Notes under the pieces: generated by a model
Seen by the model: only the letters and a program-made list of their open reading frames with translations
Databases searched by the model: none
Told to the model about the DNA's origin: nothing
Position numbers and translations under genes: made by a program
DNA from: an uncultured Spirochaetota bacterium
GTDB taxonomy: Bacteria; Spirochaetota; Spirochaetia; SZUA-6; CAVTHK01
Length of the DNA: 64,000 bases
NCBI GenBank assembly: GCA_963734495.1
Contig: CAVTHK010000003.1
Span: 384,001-448,000 of the forward strand
Direction of reading: 5' to 3'
Shown here: positions 59,613 to 64,000 of the stretch, one piece after another
Layout: the number at the start of each line of letters is the position of its first letter
Position numbering within the stretch: the stretch's first letter is position 1

Positions 59613-59681
59613 AAGGGACGCCGGCCGGAGGCGATCCGGTTGCGGTCCGGTTGCGCCCCGCCGCGCAGCCGGAGCCCGCCC

Positions 59682-60656
59682 TCACCGGCTCTCGATGAAC
59701 TTGATCGCCTTGCGCAGGTCTTCCAGGATGCGCCCCTTCTCGACCGCGCCGACCGAATCCGGCTCGTAGTAGAGCTGCCGCAGCAGGAAGCCGTTGCCGA
59801 ACTCCTCGTAGTGCGGCTCGCGCGTCTCTCCGCCCGCCCGCAGGCCGATGATCTTGTAGACCTTGACCGGGAAGTGGATGCCCTTGACTTCGGTAATCTG
59901 GGGCCCTTCGACCTCCACCATGTCCTTGACCAGGGCGTAGGTCGACTCGCTGATGAAGATCGAGTCGCGGTCCGCGATCTTCTCCAGGCGCGCCGCTATG
60001 TTGACCTGGCCCCCGATGATCGTGTAGCCCATGCGCTGCTCGGAGCCGAAGTTGCCCACCGTGCAGTAGCCCGTGTTGATGCCGATCCTCAGCGCCAGGC
60101 CGTTGGCCGCGCCGGCCGCCCGCCACTTCCCGCTGAGCTGCTTGACCTTTTCGAGCATCTCGACGGCCATGCGGATGCAGCGCCTGGCGTGGGTCTCGTC
60201 GTCGATGAACTGCGGATCGCCGAAGAAGATCACGATGGCATCGCCGATGAACTTGTCCACCGTGCCGCCGTAGACGCCCGCGATCGCCGACATCTCCGTG
60301 AGGTACTCGTTGAGGAGCGACGAAAGGGTCTCGGCCTCGAGGGTGTCCGTGACCTCAGTGAACCCCACGATGTCGGAGAAGAACATCGTCAGCTTCACGC
60401 GCTTGTGGGTGAGCTTGGGGCTGAGCTCGCCCCGCATGATCGAGTCGTAGACCTGCGACGGGAGGTACATCTTCATCAGCGTGAGCAGATGGTTGATGTG
60501 CTGGTTCTTGCCCTCGAGCTCGTTCTCGACCACCGTGCCGTGCTCGACCATGTTCTCGTACATGATCTGGAGATCGTTCAGGCGCGCCCTGAGCTTCGCC
60601 GCCTCCCCGCCTGTGATCGGCGCCCCCGATCCGTTTCCGCTCTTCGACTCGGACAT
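59682..60656 (-). CDS. Soluble class IIIb adenylate cyclase with N-terminal helical input segment
   Basis: FSDIVGFT, VDKFIGDA (ATP-specifying Lys), RIGINTG, YTIIGGQVNIAARLE; AGGGAG RBS. Confidence 0.92.
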   Translation of the reverse strand: MSESKSGNGSGAPITGGEAAKLRARLNDLQIMYENMVEHGTVVENELEGKNQHINHLLTLMKMYLPSQVYDSIMRGELSPKLTHKRVKLTMFFSDIVGFTEVTDTLEAETLSSLLNEYLTEMSAIAGVYGGTVDKFIGDAIVIFFGDPQFIDDETHARRCIRMAVEMLEKVKQLSGKWRAAGAANGLALRIGINTGYCTVGNFGSEQRMGYTIIGGQVNIAARLEKIADRDSIFISESTYALVKDMVEVEGPQITEVKGIHFPVKVYKIIGLRAGGETREPHYEEFGNGFLLRQLYYEPDSVGAVEKGRILEDLRKAIKFIESR

Positions 60657-60840
60657 GCGATGGCTCCCTCTCGGTCCCGATGCCGAACGCCAGTGTAGCA
60701 GAGCCGCGGCCCGGGAGGAAGAACAGGGCCCGGAGGAAAATTGAAGGCGGAGGCCCGCCGGCGCCGAGGGGCGCGGGGGACGCCGCCGCCGCGGTTGCCG
60801 GGACCGCGCCCATGCCGCATACTCCGCGCGGGGAGGCGGC

Positions 60841-62250
60841 ATGGACAACGGCGGGGACCGGGTGCAGGGCGCCATCGAGGGGTCGCGCGAGCGGTTCCTT
60901 CGGCTGGCCGAGGAGCTGTGGAATCATCCCGAGGTCTCGTTCCAGGAGGAGCGATCCTCGGCTCTCCAGCGTCAGGCGGCGCGCGAGCTCGGCTTCCGGG
61001 TGACGGAGCTCGACCGGGTGCAGCGGCACGCCTTTGTCGCCGAGTTCGGCGCGGGGTCTCCTGTGATCGCGCTGCTGGGCGAATACGACGCCCTGCCGGG
61101 GCTCTCGCAAAGAGTCTCGGCCGTGCCCGACCCGGTCGTGCCGGGAGGGCCGGGGCACGGGTGCGGCCACAACCTTCTGGGCACCGCCTGTCTTGCGGCG
61201 GCGGCCGGGGTCAAGGCCGCGCTGGAGAGCGGCGCGGTCAGGGGGACGGTCCGCTACATCGGCTGCCCGGCGGAGGAGCAGGTCGCCAAGCCCGTGCTCG
61301 CGGCCGCGGGCGTGTTCGCGGGGCTCGACGCCGTGCTCTGCTGGCATCCCGCCGGCATCAACACGGTGGCGGCCTACGGGACGAACGCCACGGCGGAGCT
61401 CGCCTTCACTTTTACCGGCTCTCCGGCCCACGCGGCCCAGGCGCCTCACCTCGGCCGGTCCGCGCTGGACGCGCTCACGCTCATGAGCGTCGGGGTGGAG
61501 TTCCTGCGGGAGCACATGAGCCCGTCGGCGCGCATCCACTACATCGTCACGTCGGGCGGCCTGCGGCCGAACATCGTGCCCGCCGCCGCGGCGGGGCTGT
61601 TCCAGGTCCGGGCGCCGCGCGTGCGGGAGGTCCTGGGCCTCATCAAGCGGGTGACGGACGTCGCGCGCGGAGCCGCGCTGATGACGGGCGTGGCCGTGAC
61701 GTGGGAGCTCGTGCGCGGCTGCTACGACGTGCTGCCGAACGCGGCGATGTCGGCCGTGCTGCACGAGAGCATGACTCGGATTCCGCTGCCTGCTTACGGC
61801 AGCGACGAGCGCGCGCTCGCCGAGGGTCTGTCGGCGACCTCCAGCCTCGAGCAGAAGCGCACGTCCATGGCGATGCTGGGCCTGGATCCGGCCTCCGCGG
61901 AGCGGGTGATCGCCGCGCCGCTCCACGAAGAGGTGGGAAATTGGGGCGCCGGTTGGACGATTCCCGCCTCGACCGACGTCGGCGACGTGTCGCACCTTGC
62001 GCCCACGGCGCAGATCAACACGGCGACGTGGCCGGTCGGCGTCGACTCGCACACGTGGCAGGCGACCGCGGCGTCGGGGTCGGGCATCGGCGCCAAGGGG
62101 ATGCTCTACGCGGCCAAAGTGCTGGGCTGCGCGGCGTGCGACCTGATGGGCCGGCCCGGCGTGCTCGAGAAAGCTCAGGCGGAGTTCCGGACCGCAACCG
62201 CGGGGGAGCCGTACGCACCGCTCGCCGATCTGGTCAAGGGGCTCGTATAG
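60841..62250 (+). CDS. M20 amidohydrolase, AbgB (p-aminobenzoyl-glutamate hydrolase subunit B)-like
   Basis: LGEYDALPGLSQ, GHGCGHNLLG, GCPAEE, WHP, PHLGRSALDA, STDVGDVS, HTWQ. Confidence 0.9.
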   Translation: MDNGGDRVQGAIEGSRERFLRLAEELWNHPEVSFQEERSSALQRQAARELGFRVTELDRVQRHAFVAEFGAGSPVIALLGEYDALPGLSQRVSAVPDPVVPGGPGHGCGHNLLGTACLAAAAGVKAALESGAVRGTVRYIGCPAEEQVAKPVLAAAGVFAGLDAVLCWHPAGINTVAAYGTNATAELAFTFTGSPAHAAQAPHLGRSALDALTLMSVGVEFLREHMSPSARIHYIVTSGGLRPNIVPAAAAGLFQVRAPRVREVLGLIKRVTDVARGAALMTGVAVTWELVRGCYDVLPNAAMSAVLHESMTRIPLPAYGSDERALAEGLSATSSLEQKRTSMAMLGLDPASAERVIAAPLHEEVGNWGAGWTIPASTDVGDVSHLAPTAQINTATWPVGVDSHTWQATAASGSGIGAKGMLYAAKVLGCAACDLMGRPGVLEKAQAEFRTATAGEPYAPLADLVKGLV

Positions 62251-62276
62251 ATCGGGCGCGGTCCGCCGCCGGGCGA

Positions 62277-62939
62277 TCAGCTCCGCCGCAGGCGGTGCCA
62301 GAGGCGAGAGAACAGCATCAGGCGCGGGAAGCGGTTTTCCGTGCCCGCGGCGAGCCTCCTGATGTTCGACCGGTGGGTGAAGAAGATCAGAGCGACCAGG
62401 GGCAGAGAGAACCAGAACAGGATCGGGGACACTTCCATGATCCCCGCGGCATCCAGCGCGAGCAGCACGAACGGGAACGCCGCAGCCGCGACGAGCGAAG
62501 CGACCGAAACGATGCCGGTCGAAAGCAGCACCAGCCCGAAGATGCCCGCGCAGACAACCAGCGGAAGCGGGTAGAGGCTCGCCGCCATGCCGGCCGCGGT
62601 CCCGACGCCCTTGCCGCCGCGGAAACCGGCAAAGATCGTCCAGATGTGTCCGGCTACGGCCGCGCATCCGGCGGCGATCTGCACGAGCTCGCGGGGCGCC
62701 GCTTCGGGCGGGGCCAGACGCGCGATCAACAGGGTCGCGAGCACGCCCTTGCCGACGTCGACGACGACGGTCGGGACGCCGCCCTTCCACCCGAAGACCC
62801 GGAACGCGTTCGTCCCGCCCGCATTGCCCGACCCCTGCTCCCGCGGGTCCCTGCCGAAAAGCAGCTTGCCGATGATAATGCTCGTCGGGATCGATCCGGC
62901 GAGATAGGAAAGCAGGACGACGAGGCCCACCTGCAGCAC
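62277..62939 (-). CDS. plsY: Glycerol-3-phosphate acyltransferase PlsY
   Basis: YLAGSIP, GSGNAGGTNAFR, DVGKG, GHIWTIF..FRGGKGVGTAAG, HRSNIRRL. Confidence 0.95.
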   Translation of the reverse strand: MLQVGLVVLLSYLAGSIPTSIIIGKLLFGRDPREQGSGNAGGTNAFRVFGWKGGVPTVVVDVGKGVLATLLIARLAPPEAAPRELVQIAAGCAAVAGHIWTIFAGFRGGKGVGTAAGMAASLYPLPLVVCAGIFGLVLLSTGIVSVASLVAAAAFPFVLLALDAAGIMEVSPILFWFSLPLVALIFFTHRSNIRRLAAGTENRFPRLMLFSRLWHRLRRS

Positions 62940-62941
62940 GG

Positions 62942-64000
62942 TCAGCTCCCGGCGAGGTAGGCGAGCCCCACGGCGCCCTCGCCGATGTGGTTGGCGAGGA
63001 CCGTGGTGGCTTCGACGACGAACGTCGGACGGCTCAACGTGAAGGTCTCCGCGATCCGGTCCCGGAACCACTCCGCGTCCTCGAGCGCGTCCGCGTGGGC
63101 GACGGCGAATTCGACCGGAGCCTGCCGGGGGATCTCGCGCCGCAGCGTCTCGAGGATGCGCCGGCGCCCGCCTTTCACGCCAAAGACCGTCGCGCCTTGC
63201 ACGGCCCTGCCGCCCGACTCGGCGCTGAGGCGGATCAGGGGCTTGAGGTCGAGCAGGCCGGCGACGAACCCTTTGACCCGGCCGACCCTGCCGCTGCGGA
63301 CGAGGTTCTCCAGCGAGCGGACCGCGAGGTGGATCCGGACGCGCGGGATCAGCGCGTTGACGAGAGCGATCACCTCGTCCTTCTCGGCGCCCCGCTCGAT
63401 CGCCTCGGCGGCGCGGCGGACGATGAGCCCCATCCCGATGGAGGTGGTCATCGAGTCGACGACGGTCACGTCGCCTCCGGCGAGCCGCGCCCCCGTGCGG
63501 GCGGAGTCGTAGGTGCCGCTCAGAGCGGCGGGGAGCGTGAGCACCAGGGTCGAGGCGTAGTAGCGCCGCAGGAACTCGAGCTTGCCGCGGAAGTCCGCGG
63601 GCGCCGGCTGTGAGGTCGTGGCGCAGCTCCGCCGGCTCCTGCGCATCATCTCGAAAAGCGTCCGCGGATCGATCGTGAGCTTGTCGAGGTAGGCGCGGCC
63701 TTCGAAGAGGAGGACGCAGGGGACGACGTGGATGGTGTGCCTTTGCCACGCCTCGTCCGGCAGGTCGCACGAGGAGTCCACGACGAGCGCGAGCTGCCCG
63801 TGAGGCGTGTGCGCCGCGCTGTACTGCGCCACCATGTCCTCGACGCGCTGGCCGGTGACCGCCCCGTGCCGTTCGACGCGCCGCAGCGCCTCGGCCGGCG
63901 CGTCGCAGTGCAGGTGCACCTTGAGCCTTGACGTCGAGCCCGCTACGATCAGCGAATCGCCGAGATCGTTCAGCTCGCCGCGGACCGCCTTCGCGTCCAT
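62942..64000 (-). CDS. DegV (FakB) domain protein preceded by a DAK2/FakA-type C-terminal segment (fusion; runs off window end)
   Basis: GDSLIVAG..KVHLHCDAP, then LVVDSSCDLP, TTSQPAP, LSGTYDSA, LVRSGRV, LKPLI, HIGEGAVG. Confidence 0.9.
   Translation of the reverse strand: MDAKAVRGELNDLGDSLIVAGSTSRLKVHLHCDAPAEALRRVERHGAVTGQRVEDMVAQYSAAHTPHGQLALVVDSSCDLPDEAWQRHTIHVVPCVLLFEGRAYLDKLTIDPRTLFEMMRRSRRSCATTSQPAPADFRGKLEFLRRYYASTLVLTLPAALSGTYDSARTGARLAGGDVTVVDSMTTSIGMGLIVRRAAEAIERGAEKDEVIALVNALIPRVRIHLAVRSLENLVRSGRVGRVKGFVAGLLDLKPLIRLSAESGGRAVQGATVFGVKGGRRRILETLRREIPRQAPVEFAVAHADALEDAEWFRDRIAETFTLSRPTFVVEATTVLANHIGEGAVGLAYLAGS

Overview
High-GC bacterial chromosomal window, probably from a Spirochaetia-like organism (inferred from the 'FAAGGQE'-type solute-binding-protein signal, fabV and a DAK2/DegV-plsY pair; not verified). 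It probably comes from an error-prone long-read assembly, because about ten otherwise intact genes carry single-base frameshifts. Contents in order: metH (partial); a YciI/ECF-sigma pair; DUF1846; a LacI-controlled sugar-ABC/FAD-oxidoreductase/URO-D catabolic operon; a visibly less GC-rich block at about 14.6-31.1 kb (B12 radical SAM enzyme, a duplicated RHH-regulator/membrane-TPR module, CBM48, FtsH, a Crp/Fnr regulator with stress proteins, a clostripain-like lipoprotein, SPFH, glgP); msrB; gluconate 5-dehydrogenase; a P-type ATPase operon; a SatD/DUF3307-like pair behind three phased palindromes; a VWA/two-component locus; fabV; a GlcD-GlcE fusion; an oligopeptide-type ABC operon; a SiaABCD-like partner-switch cassette coupled to a LuxI/FeeM-like synthase and an adenylate cyclase; an M20 amidohydrolase; plsY; DegV (partial). 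No rRNA, tRNA, CRISPR array or transposase/integrase was recognised. The strongest candidates for undescribed systems are the synthase/6TM-phosphatase-kinase/STAS/cyclase cassette (56365-60656), the SatD-DUF3307 module with its 29-bp-period operator array (38930-40416), and the duplicated RHH module with 9-bp repeats (16246-19356). All family assignments come from motif recognition by eye, not from database searches.
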